A stretch of 64,000 nucleotides of DNA from Phycisphaerales bacterium JB050 (GTDB taxonomy: Bacteria; Planctomycetota; Phycisphaerae; Phycisphaerales; UBA1924), in the NCBI GenBank assembly GCA_043101125.1, contig JBICHT010000088.1, positions 145 through 64,144 on the forward strand. Direction: 5' to 3'. Position 1 is the first letter of the stretch. Each line of letters opens with the position of its first letter. A model generated the notes under the pieces. The model was not told the DNA's origin and ran no database searches. It was given only the letters and a program-made list of their open reading frames with translations. The translations under genes were made by a program, and so were the position numbers. Shown here one piece after another: positions 9,226-19,306 of the stretch.

Positions 9226-10569
9226 ATGCACAGTCGTCGTCCAACGCGTCAGGTTGTTCTTGGGGATGAGCGGGTCGGTTTCGTGCGCATCGGAGGCGGC
9301 AAGCCGACCGAGCGGCACCCGGATGCCACGCCGGAATCCGCTCCCGAATTGGGCGGACCCGCCCCGGTCAGCGTGCAGACCATGACCGCGGGGTACACCC
9401 ACGATGTCGAGGGGTGCGTGGCGGAGATCAACCGCCTGGCGGCGGCTGGGGCGGATATCGTCCGGGTCGCGGTGCCTGAGCGCAAGGACACTGAGGCACT
9501 CAAGGAGATTCTGCCCCGGGTGACGGTGCCGATCGTGGCGGATGTGCATTTCCACTTCAAGCGGGCGCTGGAGGCGGTTGAGGCGGGGGTCCACAAGATC
9601 CGTCTCAATCCAGGCAACATCACCGAGCGGGATCAGGTGAACGAGGTGATCGATGCCTGCAAGAGCGCGGGCATCCCGATCCGTGTGGGCGTGAACGAGG
9701 GCTCGATCATCGAGCGCAAGGACAAGCAACGGCGCATGGTCGAACTGGGCAAGTTCTTTGCCGATCGCGGCATGGGGAAGCGGGCGCACCTGCTGAGCAT
9801 CATCATCGCGAAACTCGAGGAGTACCTCGACATCTTCTACGAACGCGATTTTCACGATGTGACCATCAGCGCGAAGTCGATGGACGCGGCGTTCGTGACG
9901 ACCGTGTATCGCGAGATCAGCGATCGGTTCGATCATCCGCTGCATCTCGGTGTGACGCACGCCGGGCCGAAGGAGACGGGAACGATCCGCTCGATCGCGG
10001 CTCTCTCGGGGCTTCTCACGCAGGGCATCGGGGACACGCTGCGCATCAGTTATGCGAACGACCCGATCTACGAGGTCGAAGACGGGCTGGAACTGCTCTA
10101 CTCGCTCGGGTTGCGCGAGCGCAAGGGGGCGGACCTGATCGCCTGCCCGACTTGTGGGCGGATCCAGGTGGACCTGTTCACGCTGGTCCAGGATGTGCGA
10201 CAGAAACTGCGCACGGAGATCCGCGTCCCGATGAAGGTTGCCGTGATGGGCTGCGTCGTCAACGGTCCGGGCGAGGCCGAGGGAGCGGATGTCGCGGTCT
10301 TCGCGGGCAACAAGCGCGGCATCATCTATGTGCAGGGCCAGCGCGTCGCGAATATTCCCGAAGAGGAGATCCTCGATCGGCTGCTGGCCGAGTGCGTCGC
10401 GTTCCAGGAGAAGGTCGAGAAGGGTGAAGCCAAACTCGGCGACAAAGTCGTGGACATCGTGCCCCCGGATCCGATCGGCGAACTCGGCAGCGGCATGGAG
10501 AAAATCGCGGCGGGTGATGTCGAGACCATCGGGCGCCCGACGAACCTGACCGTCGGCGAGACGCGCTGA
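9226..10569 (+). CDS. ispG: 4-hydroxy-3-methylbut-2-en-1-yl diphosphate synthase (flavodoxin)
   Basis: VSVQTMT, ADIVRVAVP, VADVHF, RLNPGN, CPTCGR and GCVVNGPGE are all IspG/GcpE hallmarks. Start trimmed from 9091 to ATG 9226 (MHSRRPTRQVVLG), just after the upstream stop at 9208. Confidence 0.93.
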   Translation: MHSRRPTRQVVLGDERVGFVRIGGGKPTERHPDATPESAPELGGPAPVSVQTMTAGYTHDVEGCVAEINRLAAAGADIVRVAVPERKDTEALKEILPRVTVPIVADVHFHFKRALEAVEAGVHKIRLNPGNITERDQVNEVIDACKSAGIPIRVGVNEGSIIERKDKQRRMVELGKFFADRGMGKRAHLLSIIIAKLEEYLDIFYERDFHDVTISAKSMDAAFVTTVYREISDRFDHPLHLGVTHAGPKETGTIRSIAALSGLLTQGIGDTLRISYANDPIYEVEDGLELLYSLGLRERKGADLIACPTCGRIQVDLFTLVQDVRQKLRTEIRVPMKVAVMGCVVNGPGEAEGADVAVFAGNKRGIIYVQGQRVANIPEEEILDRLLAECVAFQEKVEKGEAKLGDKVVDIVPPDPIGELGSGMEKIAAGDVETIGRPTNLTVGETR

Positions 10570-10571
10570 GC

Positions 10572-11324
10572 ATGCAGCCGCTGCGCGTCGTGTGGTCGAG
10601 CGATCACGAATTGGTGGTCGAGAAGCCCGCGGGTCTTCCGTCGGAGGCGACCTATCGCAAAGACGGGAACTCCGCGCAGGAGTTGGTGCGGGAAGGGGCG
10701 TTCGCTTCCGATGGTCTCAGTGATATGGCGCGATCCAGGCTCGGCGATGCGGTTCTGCCGCACCGGATCGACGCGATCACCGAAGGGCTGCTGGTCCTCG
10801 CGCTGAGCAAGGAGGCGGCGGGGTGGCACGGCAAAGACATCACTGCACGCCGGTGGCGGAAGCTGTATGTCGCGGCGTTGCCCCGCATCGATGATTTCGA
10901 GCGACTACTCGGTGTGCAGAAGGCCTACCTCGTACGGAAGGGGCGTCGAGCCGAGCGGGTTCGAGCCGGAGGGAAACCCGCGTTTCTCGATGTCCTGGCG
11001 ATCGATCCCAGCACCACAGAACGCGACACCATGCATGCGCTGATCGATCTGAAGACCGGGCGCTATCACCAGATCCGCGTGATGATGGAGGGGTTGGGCG
11101 TTCCGCTGATCGGAGATCGGTTCTACAACGGACGCGACGGTATGATGCTGCTGAAACATGTGCTGGTCGGGTTCCGGCCATGCGGCAGCAACCAATTGAA
11201 GGTACTTGAGGCCACCGACGGACTCGCTGAGCGCGGGGTGTCTCCATCGCTTATCGAGCGTGTGATCAAAGTTCTTGATGAACTCGACGGCACGCCCGTG
11301 CCCGCCGATTCAGCGACCGACTGA
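10572..11324 (+). CDS. RluA-family pseudouridine synthase
   Basis: HRIDAITEGLLVLA (catalytic Asp motif HRLDxxTSG-like) and GRYHQIRV. Starts 2 nt after the ispG stop. Confidence 0.8.
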   Translation: MQPLRVVWSSDHELVVEKPAGLPSEATYRKDGNSAQELVREGAFASDGLSDMARSRLGDAVLPHRIDAITEGLLVLALSKEAAGWHGKDITARRWRKLYVAALPRIDDFERLLGVQKAYLVRKGRRAERVRAGGKPAFLDVLAIDPSTTERDTMHALIDLKTGRYHQIRVMMEGLGVPLIGDRFYNGRDGMMLLKHVLVGFRPCGSNQLKVLEATDGLAERGVSPSLIERVIKVLDELDGTPVPADSATD

Positions 11325-12353
11325 GAACGCACTGGCAATAAACCGGCCATCTTCCCGTGCGAAGTCTTCGGGCAACGCTGGAAGGTCGAGCCACTTGACC
11401 GGGCGCTTGCCAGCGCCTGTCAGGATGGTCGTGCGGAACCGGTGCGGATCGCAGAGTTGGGTGCAGTTGGTCGAGGCGAGGATGGTGCCCCCCGGGGCGA
11501 GCGCGTGGCAGGATTCTTCAACGAGCGCGGGGTAGTCTCGCTCGGCTTTCCATGCCGCGATGCCTTTTCGTTTGTTTGCGGAAGCGAAGGTGGGGGGGTC
11601 GAGGATGATCAGGTCGAAGCGGAGGTTCTTGCGCCGAGCGAGCGCGAGGAACGAGCGGGTGTCGAAGCGAGTGAAGTAGTGGCGGTCGGCGTCGATCGCG
11701 TTGATGGAGTAGTTTTCTTTGCCCCAATCGAGGTAGCGTGACGAGACATCGATGTTGGTGGTTTCGACGGTTTCGTTCGCGCTCGCCGCGGCTGCTCCGA
11801 ACGCACAGGTGTAGGCGAAGGTGTTGAGCACCTTGGGGCCTCGCCCCTTCGCTCGAACGAAGCGGGCGCACCACTCACGAACCCACTCCCGGTTTTCGCG
11901 TTGATCGAGGAAAATTCCGGTGGAGAAGCCGTCGTAGAGGCGGACCCGGATGCGGAGTCCGTTCTCAGTCAGGTCGAGGTGCTCCGGGAGTTCGGTTCCC
12001 GCGGCGGGTGTGGGGGTGGTCAGCACATCGGGTCCGTCGCCGCCGAGGCGTGAGCGGTCGCGCACGAACGGTTTGGCATACACCGCTTCGACACCGATCG
12101 GCCTGAGCGCTTCCAACACCGCGCACGCGGCTTCCTGGCGGGCACCCGGGCGGCTATAGCGTTCGGCCGCGGTTTCTTCGTAGGTGATCATCACCGCGCC
12201 GGGACCGTAGCGGTCGATGAACAGGCCATCGAGACCGTCGGCACGCCCGCCAAAGACTCGCCAGCATTCGACATTCGGGTTCGTTGACAGCGTCGGGCGG
12301 TGGCGCAGGGCCTTGCGGACCAGGTCGCCAAGACGCGAGAGGTCGCTGCTCAA
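11310..12353 (-). CDS. class I SAM-dependent RNA methyltransferase (RlmI/RlmK-like)
   Basis: LNTFAYTCAFGAAAA (SAM-binding motif I-like) and DLIILDPPTFA (motif IV). The N-terminal part is PUA/EEHEE-like. Confidence 0.75.
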   Translation of the reverse strand: MSSDLSRLGDLVRKALRHRPTLSTNPNVECWRVFGGRADGLDGLFIDRYGPGAVMITYEETAAERYSRPGARQEAACAVLEALRPIGVEAVYAKPFVRDRSRLGGDGPDVLTTPTPAAGTELPEHLDLTENGLRIRVRLYDGFSTGIFLDQRENREWVREWCARFVRAKGRGPKVLNTFAYTCAFGAAAASANETVETTNIDVSSRYLDWGKENYSINAIDADRHYFTRFDTRSFLALARRKNLRFDLIILDPPTFASANKRKGIAAWKAERDYPALVEESCHALAPGGTILASTNCTQLCDPHRFRTTILTGAGKRPVKWLDLPALPEDFAREDGRFIASAFSVGR

Positions 12354-13828
12354 GACGATCCCTCCGTGTCGCGGCGCACGAGCAGTCGGGGTTCGGTCAT
12401 GTCTTCGGCGGTGTAGAGCGGGCCTTCTCGCCCGATGCCGGAGTCCTTCACGCCGCCGTAGGGCATGGGGTCGGTGCGGAAGGTGGGGACATCGCCCGCG
12501 ATGACGGCACCGACTTCGAGGTGCGAGAACGCGCGGTTGATCTCCTGTTCGTCACCGGAGTAGATGCCCGCCTGGAGGCCGTAGCGGGATCGGTTGGTGA
12601 TGTTGATCGCCTCGTCGAAGTTCTCGGCGCGGATCAGGTACGCCACGGGGCCGAAGACCTCGTTCTGCGCCAGTTTGCAGGAGCCGGGGATCTGTTCGAG
12701 CAGGGTCGGCATGATGGTGTTGCCCTCGCGGTCTCCTCCGATGAGTTTGGTCGCGCCGCCTTCCACGGCTTCGCTGATCCACGATTCCACCCGATCGGCG
12801 GCATCGCGGTCGATGAGCGGGCCGATGAAGGTGTCGGGGTTCATGGGGTCGCCAGCCTTGAGCTGTTTGATTTCCTTGAGGATCAGATCCCGCATCGGCT
12901 CGTAGGCCTCGCCGATCACGACGATCCTCTGGACACTGATGCAGGATTGCCCGGCGTAGCCGTACGCTGCGGAGGCGATGCGTTTGGCGGCGTCCTGTCG
13001 GGTTTGCTGGTCGGTGGAGTCGGAGATGATGACCGCCGCGTCACCGCCGAGTTCAAGGGCGACCCGCATTTTGGCGGCGCTCGCTTTGAGCTTCCAGCCG
13101 ACCTCGTCGGAGCCGGTAAAGGAGAGGAGCCGGAAGCGTTCATCGGTGGAAAGCGGTCCGGCGTCGCTGGAGTTGCAGGGCAGGACGGAGATGCCCGCCG
13201 GGTGCCAGCCCGCTTCGAGTGCGATGGATCCGAGGATGAGTCCGCTGAGCGGCGTCTTGGACGCGGGCTTGAGCACGAACGGGCAACCGCAGGCGATCGC
13301 CGGGCCGATCTTGTGTGCGACGAGATTGAGGGGGAAGTTGAACGGGGTGATCAGGGAGCAGAGGCCGATCGGGAGGCGGCGGAGGATGCCGTGTATGGCC
13401 GGGCTTTCGCTCTTGGGGGTCACGCGGATGTTGCGGTCCGCGTGGTGCCCTGCGCCCGTGAATTCTTCGCGTGCTACTCGCGCCGATTCTCGCAGCGTCG
13501 CGATGCAGCGGTTGGTTTCGACGGTCGCGGCCTGGATCGGCTTGCCCGCTTCGAGCGCGAGCGATCGCGCGATCTCTTCCTTGCGTTTGAGAACGATCCC
13601 GGCCATGGTGTCGAGGATCTCGGCTCGGCGACCGAGGGGGATTGAGGCGCATGCGAACTCGGCTTGTTTGCCGAGCGCGATCGCACGCTCGATCTCGCTC
13701 GGACCCGCGAGCGGCACCTCGGCGATGGGGTCGCCGGTGAACTTGTCGGTTACGGTCAGGGTGCGGGAAGTCCGGACGGAATCACCGGCCAGAATGAACT
13801 CGCCCGGGTGTTCTTGTGCGATCGCCAT
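12350..13828 (-). CDS. NAD(P)-dependent aldehyde dehydrogenase
   Basis: FTGSDEVGWKL, ELGGDAAVII and the catalytic Cys context GQSCISVQR. 492 aa. The stop overlaps the next gene's start by 4 nt. Confidence 0.88.
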   Translation of the reverse strand: MAIAQEHPGEFILAGDSVRTSRTLTVTDKFTGDPIAEVPLAGPSEIERAIALGKQAEFACASIPLGRRAEILDTMAGIVLKRKEEIARSLALEAGKPIQAATVETNRCIATLRESARVAREEFTGAGHHADRNIRVTPKSESPAIHGILRRLPIGLCSLITPFNFPLNLVAHKIGPAIACGCPFVLKPASKTPLSGLILGSIALEAGWHPAGISVLPCNSSDAGPLSTDERFRLLSFTGSDEVGWKLKASAAKMRVALELGGDAAVIISDSTDQQTRQDAAKRIASAAYGYAGQSCISVQRIVVIGEAYEPMRDLILKEIKQLKAGDPMNPDTFIGPLIDRDAADRVESWISEAVEGGATKLIGGDREGNTIMPTLLEQIPGSCKLAQNEVFGPVAYLIRAENFDEAINITNRSRYGLQAGIYSGDEQEINRAFSHLEVGAVIAGDVPTFRTDPMPYGGVKDSGIGREGPLYTAEDMTEPRLLVRRDTEGSS

Positions 13829-13882
13829 GCCTGTCTCCGGTGTGCGTGGTCTCGGAGGGGCACTATATGCATTGGCGGAGGC

Positions 13883-14428
13883 TTAGTCCTGATCCATCTG
13901 GATCGTGCGCTGCTTGCCGTCGGGCTGGAGGAGCGTGACGGTTCGCTGCGTGGTGTCGATGGAATGCACGGTCCAGCCCGGGGCAAACTCATCACCCGCG
14001 GCATAGAAGGAGCCGTCGATCAACGCTCGAACAGTTCCATCGCGACCCCGCAGAATCGCCGTCACCACACACGGGGTAGGAAGATTGATTTTGGGTTCCG
14101 GAGCAGGGGGGGTTGGTGTGGGCTCTGGTTCGACCGTGGGTTTGTCAGGCTTGTTCGCGCGGCGCTCGGGGTAGTAGAGCGGGTTGGGGATCGGCAGCTG
14201 TGCGATCGTCGCTGATCGTGTGCCGAGGGCCTCGGGGCGAGGGCGCTCGGGGAGCGGGCGAAGGTCGGTTGGTCTGTCGGAATCCAATGGGTCGCTTGCG
14301 CGGGCGATTTGGGGTCCCGAACTGTTCAGGGTGATCCCCAGTGCCAGCGTGAGCACCGGTGCCGTCAGAAATCCGAGCACCGTCAGCCGGTTCGATGAGG
14401 AACTGTGAATCGCACGGTTGCGTCGCAT
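13883..14428 (-). CDS. PilP/GspC-like periplasmic linker candidate (hypothetical)
   Basis: N-terminal TM/signal (VLGFLTAPVLTLALGI), a Pro-rich linker, and a C-terminal small beta domain (VVTAILRGRDGTVRALIDGSFYAAGDEFAPGWTVHSIDTTQRTVTL). ATG 14428 lies 1 nt after the upstream stop (TGAGATG). The assignment rests on position and architecture only. Confidence 0.5.
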   Translation of the reverse strand: MRRNRAIHSSSSNRLTVLGFLTAPVLTLALGITLNSSGPQIARASDPLDSDRPTDLRPLPERPRPEALGTRSATIAQLPIPNPLYYPERRANKPDKPTVEPEPTPTPPAPEPKINLPTPCVVTAILRGRDGTVRALIDGSFYAAGDEFAPGWTVHSIDTTQRTVTLLQPDGKQRTIQMDQD

Positions 14429-14429
14429 C

Positions 14430-15047
14430 TCAGTCCTTCCCGTCTTGGTTGTCGACGAGGTCAGATCCCTGGGGGATTGCGAAGCTGTAGTGGTCGCACT
14501 CAAGGCGCATCTTTACACGCTTGTCGGCGGAACCAGACAGCGGCGAGATTTTCATGCTTCGTACTGAGACGAACCCCGCCTTCCGGGTGAGTTCATCGAG
14601 CATCGCGACGACATGGTCGAGTGTCCCGACCGCGTCGATCCGAACGGAGGCCGCGAAGTCCGGCTTGAGCAGGTCCTTGTCCTTCTTTCCTCGGGATGTG
14701 GAGACCTTGATCACGCTCGGGTCGAAGCGGTCGATCTCGATATCCCATTTCGAAGCGAGTTCGTGGTAGACCTGATGCAGGGCCAACTCGTCGTTTGCGC
14801 CTTCCGAGCGGGTTTGGATGGCTCGCTCATACTCGTTCGCGCGTTCCAGCACGCGAGCATTGGCCTGTTTGCTCAGTTCCTGCTTGGCACTCGTCGCGAC
14901 TCTCGCTTGCAGGGAGTTGAGTTCACGCTCGTTGCTTGCTCGCTCTTTCTCAAGCGGGGCGATCACGAAGGAGCAGGCGGCAAAGATGATGCCGCAGACC
15001 ACAATCGCGTGCGCGATCGTCTGGCGCGTGGATGATCCGGTACTCAT
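14430..15047 (-). CDS. PilO/GspM-like inner-membrane platform protein
   Basis: Single N-terminal TM, a coiled coil (ERELNSLQARV...) and a C-terminal ferredoxin-like part. 4-nt overlap with the upstream gene. Confidence 0.55.
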   Translation of the reverse strand: MSTGSSTRQTIAHAIVVCGIIFAACSFVIAPLEKERASNERELNSLQARVATSAKQELSKQANARVLERANEYERAIQTRSEGANDELALHQVYHELASKWDIEIDRFDPSVIKVSTSRGKKDKDLLKPDFAASVRIDAVGTLDHVVAMLDELTRKAGFVSVRSMKISPLSGSADKRVKMRLECDHYSFAIPQGSDLVDNQDGKD

Positions 15048-16690
15048 GGTGAGACCTCCGGGTTCGCAGAGGCGATCATGTCCGGGGTGAGAAGGATCCG
15101 AGGAGGGGTGGATGTGAGTGTGATCGATGCGGAAAGGTACTGTGTGGGTTTCTCGTCGAGCGTGGCGAGTTCGGTGCCATCGAGGCGGACGGACTCCACC
15201 AATGGCGATTCCCGCAACCGATCCACCAAATCACGGATTTGTCCCGCGGCATCCGGACCGGGATTTCGCAGGTAGCCACGAAGATGGCAGGTGGAGTTGT
15301 CGTGTCCGCCGTTGATGTCAAGGTCAGTCAGGATGACTTCGTCAGCGGTGAGCAGGCAGATCTCGCGAATCGCCGAGGCGACATCGGTTTCGGGGCCGAC
15401 GAACCGGTCGATGGACTGGATCGTCTGGCGCACTGCCGCGACCGAGGTCGCGCTCTGTGTGTCTTTGGGATTGGCGTCTGGGTCGCTCTGTGCGGAAGCG
15501 AGTCGCGTGAGTTGTGGTTCGATGGCGTTCGTTTGATCCATGATCCACGAGCCGTACGCCGCACCGATCGCCGCCGCGGCGACGGCACCGGAGTAGAGCG
15601 CGATCCGTGATGAACGCAGCGAGGCGCGGCTGGAATTGTCTTGCGGGCGCAAGGTGAGTTGCAAGCCCGAATTCATGGCTTCGATCGCGAACGCAATATC
15701 CGTGCAGTCCGTGAGTGAGCGGGAATCGTCGGCACGACACGGCAGTTCGAGCTCTCGATGAAAGGCTTCAGCGAGTCGATGGATCGAGGCCCCGCTGCCT
15801 TGCAGGAGAATGCCAGGTTCAAACTCGAGCCCGGACAGGCCGAAACGGATCGACTGTCGGATTTCCACGAGCATGCGCTGCAGCACCGGCTGGATCGCGG
15901 GCAGGATGTCCGAAGCGGTGAACTCCTGGTTGCCGACGGTGACGGTTTGTCCGTGGGTGGGGAGTCCGGCGGTGAAAAGGAGTTCTTCGCCGAGTTGAAT
16001 GGCCTCTTGCTGTGGAAGATTGGAAGCACTCGCCAGCGCCTTGATGAGGCGATCCGTGCCCGCATCCACCAGGCGGACCAACAGGAGTTGACGCTTGTAG
16101 GCCGCGGCGATGACGGACCGGCTCTGGCCAAAGTGCACGACCACGATCGGGCGATCAGACTTGCTCTGCGCGAGCGCGGTATCCACTGCCGAGGCGATCA
16201 TGGGTGCCTCGAGCGGAACCAGATTGACCGTGGATGAACCCGGTGCGAGTGAGCGGATCTGTTCAACGCTCTGGGCGGAGTCTGCCGCGATGAGCAGGTG
16301 TTTGCGACGCGGCGAGCCGCCTCGGTCGATCAGCCACGGCTGGATGCACCATGGGTTCAGTTCAAGATCGAGTGACGAACGCTCGGCGAGCGCGAGGTGG
16401 GCCGCCGAAGTGGCGTCTTTGATCGTGCTTGGACAGGAGTACAGGTCGCAGCTCAATGTCGGCGACTGGTAGAAAATGGTCGCCGGACCATTTGTCTTCC
16501 AGTCTCCGATCATGGATCCGATCCGATCGGCGATCCCGTCCGACTGACCCTCATACCACGCGTTCAGGTCTTCCCGGGAGATGACCTGACTCGTGATGGT
16601 CCGGTTGCGACGAGTGCCTGTGCAGACGCTCAATCGCGACGGGGATACCTCGATGTAGGTCGGTGTTGAACCCACGCTGTTAAACTCCAC
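15044..16690 (-). CDS. PilM-PilN fusion / GspL-like assembly protein
   Basis: About 350 aa of cytoplasmic actin-like domain (VVVHFGQSRSVIAAAYK...DAGTDRLIKALA), one TM (ALYSGAVAAAAIGAAYGSWIM), then a periplasmic C-terminal domain. GTG start. Confidence 0.6.
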   Translation of the reverse strand: MEFNSVGSTPTYIEVSPSRLSVCTGTRRNRTITSQVISREDLNAWYEGQSDGIADRIGSMIGDWKTNGPATIFYQSPTLSCDLYSCPSTIKDATSAAHLALAERSSLDLELNPWCIQPWLIDRGGSPRRKHLLIAADSAQSVEQIRSLAPGSSTVNLVPLEAPMIASAVDTALAQSKSDRPIVVVHFGQSRSVIAAAYKRQLLLVRLVDAGTDRLIKALASASNLPQQEAIQLGEELLFTAGLPTHGQTVTVGNQEFTASDILPAIQPVLQRMLVEIRQSIRFGLSGLEFEPGILLQGSGASIHRLAEAFHRELELPCRADDSRSLTDCTDIAFAIEAMNSGLQLTLRPQDNSSRASLRSSRIALYSGAVAAAAIGAAYGSWIMDQTNAIEPQLTRLASAQSDPDANPKDTQSATSVAAVRQTIQSIDRFVGPETDVASAIREICLLTADEVILTDLDINGGHDNSTCHLRGYLRNPGPDAAGQIRDLVDRLRESPLVESVRLDGTELATLDEKPTQYLSASITLTSTPPRILLTPDMIASANPEVSP

Positions 16691-16753
16691 TTCGTTTCAA
16701 GGCAATTATCGGAGAGGGTCTTCGCTTACTTTGGGGTAATCCTCCGCTTGGTC

Positions 16754-17101
16754 CTATTCGATGCGTATCCGGACCGCCCGGGTCGCCTGACCCCAGCGTG
16801 CCTCGATGTCCACTTCCATCGGTGGGTATTCTGCGTCCGATTCGATCGTGACCCGATGCCCGCCGGGTAATTCCGTTTCCCCGATCGGGATCGGGCGACC
16901 GGAACTGAGTTCTCCGATGACCACCGCGGTCGCGGCTTCGACGCCGAGGGCCGCCCGGACAGCATCAACGCGGTACGCCGCGAGGTGCTGATCTTCACCA
17001 CCTGCCGAGACGCTCCCGATGATCAGGAAATTGAGGGCTGCGATCACCGAAACCGCGCCCGCGAGAGCCGCCGCCCGTCGATTGTTCGTGCGATGCTTCA
17101 C
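16754..17101 (-). CDS. small membrane-anchored protein in the GspK position (hypothetical)
   Basis: 115 aa. N-terminal hydrophobic helix without FTLIE/Glu5 (AAALAGAVSVIAALNFLII). Its GTG start overlaps the stop of the upstream pseudopilin gene (GTGA). Confidence 0.4.
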   Translation of the reverse strand: MKHRTNNRRAAALAGAVSVIAALNFLIIGSVSAGGEDQHLAAYRVDAVRAALGVEAATAVVIGELSSGRPIPIGETELPGGHRVTIESDAEYPPMEVDIEARWGQATRAVRIRIE

Positions 17102-17613
17102 GCGTCGCCCCCGATCGAGTTTCGAAGCAAGATCCGGGTGGAGACCGGTGCGGCATTCTCGAGCACCAGTTCAATCCTGAGCATGCGCACTTCGTCGAGA
17201 GAGCCAATGGAGCCCCAATCGAGTTCTTGCTCATCCGGGGCACCGTCCGCGAACAGCGTGAAGCCGCCGGTGATATCGCGGAGAAGCGTCGCCTGCGGCT
17301 GGCCCGGTCTCGTGAGCAGCAGGTCCCCATCGAGGAACTCGATCTCGAGACCGGAAGCGAACTCCAACCGTGTTTCGCTGGCCTCGGCCAGGGCGCTGCC
17401 CGACGATTCGTCGATGATCGCATCACGCACGCTGGGAATGATCTGGCCGAACGCGATGTCCACGGCATCCGTCTGACGCCGTGATTCCGCGGCGATGGCG
17501 TACCCGTCCGCGGCGCTGAGCAGCACGCTCGAAAACACGCCCGCGACGGTTCCGATGATCACCATGACGGCGATCGTCTCGATCAGCGTGAATGCTCGTT
17601 GCGGGTGAGTCAT
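17098..17613 (-). CDS. minor pseudopilin (GspJ-position)
   Basis: Prepilin-type N-terminus MTHPQRA/FTLIETIAVMVIIGTV with Glu at +5. 4-nt overlaps on both sides. Confidence 0.75.
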   Translation of the reverse strand: MTHPQRAFTLIETIAVMVIIGTVAGVFSSVLLSAADGYAIAAESRRQTDAVDIAFGQIIPSVRDAIIDESSGSALAEASETRLEFASGLEIEFLDGDLLLTRPGQPQATLLRDITGGFTLFADGAPDEQELDWGSIGSLDEVRMLRIELVLENAAPVSTRILLRNSIGGDA

Positions 17614-18083
17614 AGCGTCGGATCCGTGACGAGCAGTTCGAAGGGGACTTGCCTCGCCGCGGCTGATGCGCTGCGGTAGGAAACGGTGACGGTGATGAGT
17701 CGGTAGATGTCCTGGTTCGGATCCCCTGTGGCGATCCCCGCGAGTGCGATCAGCGGACCGATCGTGATCTCGGCATCCAGGCCGAGCGCTTCGTATTCGA
17801 GCATCTCGGACGCAAGGCGATCCATCAGGCCGGTGTCTGGAGCCTCGAGATACGCCGCGGGGTCGGCCAGCGCATCCATTCCCAGAGCCGGATCGTTGCT
17901 AGCGACATCGGCGAGGATCTGCTCGCAGAGGAGATTACCCAACCACGATGCCCGGCTCGCCATGATCGATTCGGTCCGCGCGACCGTTGCGTCGTGCATC
18001 ATGGCCAGTGTTGCTGGGACCGCAACGCTCAGGATCACGAGCGTGAGAACGCATTCGATCAGTGTGAAGGCGCGGCGATTCAT
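17610..18083 (-). CDS. minor pseudopilin (GspI-position)
   Basis: [22 protein letters not shown], a prepilin-type N-terminal methylation motif. Confidence 0.75.
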   Translation of the reverse strand: MNRRAFTLIECVLTLVILSVAVPATLAMMHDATVARTESIMASRASWLGNLLCEQILADVASNDPALGMDALADPAAYLEAPDTGLMDRLASEMLEYEALGLDAEITIGPLIALAGIATGDPNQDIYRLITVTVSYRSASAAARQVPFELLVTDPTL

Positions 18084-18661
18084 CGGCTCACCATCCCGGT
18101 GTACGGCGCGACGGTCAGTTGGGGGCCATCGACAATCTGGATCACGAACTCGTTCGTCAAAGCAACGGGCGATTCGCCGTCGGCTTGTCGCTGTTGGGGC
18201 GTGCCGTCAAAGTCGAACCAGAGTGTCGTGGACCCGAGGGAGACCGGCGCGTCCACCGGCCCGGCGAGTTCGATGGCCGCCCCGGGAAAGGCGTTCGCTC
18301 TCGAGATGTAGTCCGTCCCCGTACCGGCACGGGTGACGGGCTCGACTCCGGTCGAATCGGTTTGAAGGCTGATCATGGAGATACGCTGTTCGGTGAGGTC
18401 GAACTCCAGACCCGAGGGGATGCCCGTCGAGATGGCACGAGAGCGGCTGAGCATCACGAGACGCTCGCATTCGTTGAGCAGACCCGAACGCTGGGCGCCA
18501 TCAAGACGCCCGAGCGCCGGGATGGCCGTGGCGCTCAGGATCGAGAGCAGGACCATCACGATCAGCAGTTCCGTCAGCGTGAAGCCACGCTGGGTTGAGT
18601 TCCGCTTCTGGTTGCACGCGTTCGTGAGCATCATCGGTGTGCGCACCCGACCGCGAAACAC
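18080..18661 (-). CDS. minor pseudopilin (GspH-position)
   Basis: ...STQRG/FTLTELLIVMVLLSIL. Start uncertain (GTG 18661 or ATG 18634). Confidence 0.75.
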   Translation of the reverse strand: MFRGRVRTPMMLTNACNQKRNSTQRGFTLTELLIVMVLLSILSATAIPALGRLDGAQRSGLLNECERLVMLSRSRAISTGIPSGLEFDLTEQRISMISLQTDSTGVEPVTRAGTGTDYISRANAFPGAAIELAGPVDAPVSLGSTTLWFDFDGTPQQRQADGESPVALTNEFVIQIVDGPQLTVAPYTGMVSR

Positions 18662-18711
18662 CCACTTTGGGTCACACGGCCGATGGCGCTCTCTTGCTCG
18701 GTAAGGTTCGA

Positions 18712-19197
18712 TCAGAGTTCGTTCGCGGTGAACGGATCGCCGTCGGTGTCTTCGACACGGGTCTCGTCGTCTGTGTTGGCGAAGAAGACGGCGACGGGCG
18801 GATCCGCGTCGTTGTCCACGTAGTAACGCCAGCCTGAGGCGGTGTTCGAGACTTCGCGATCCTCGGCCTCTTCGTCATCAGCTTCGATGACGGTGGTGAG
18901 ACCGTTGTACGGGTTCGCCGGGATGCCCTCGGAGAGCACGGTGCCGACGGTCGTCAGTTCTTCCAGCGTTGGGTAGCGGCCTTCGCCGTCCACGCTGGTG
19001 TTCGCAAAGAAATTCGCGATCGCGGTGCGGACACCCCCGAGGGAGCCCTGGATCGCGGAAGTCTTCGCACGCTCGGCGTAATCGAAGTACTTCGGCAGCG
19101 CCACCCCGGAGAGGATCGCGAGCACGACGAGGACCGCGATCAACTCGATCAGAGTAAATGCACGACGGAACGATTGGGTCGAAGTGGAATGGATCAT
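18712..19197 (-). CDS. major pseudopilin/pilin (GspG-like)
   Basis: [37 protein letters not shown]. Start trimmed to ATG 19197, which follows GAGGAGG. The track start at 19314 overlaps the GspF 3-prime end. Confidence 0.8.
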   Translation of the reverse strand: MIHSTSTQSFRRAFTLIELIAVLVVLAILSGVALPKYFDYAERAKTSAIQGSLGGVRTAIANFFANTSVDGEGRYPTLEELTTVGTVLSEGIPANPYNGLTTVIEADDEEAEDREVSNTASGWRYYVDNDADPPVAVFFANTDDETRVEDTDGDPFTANEL

Positions 19198-19306
19198 AGG
19201 ACTGACAACCTCCTCTAAGTCTTTTCTCCGGTCGACCAGGACCCCAATGGATCTTCGGACCGTTGAATCTTGTTCTGGATAGGAATTGAGAGTTTCATGA
19301 TGGAAT

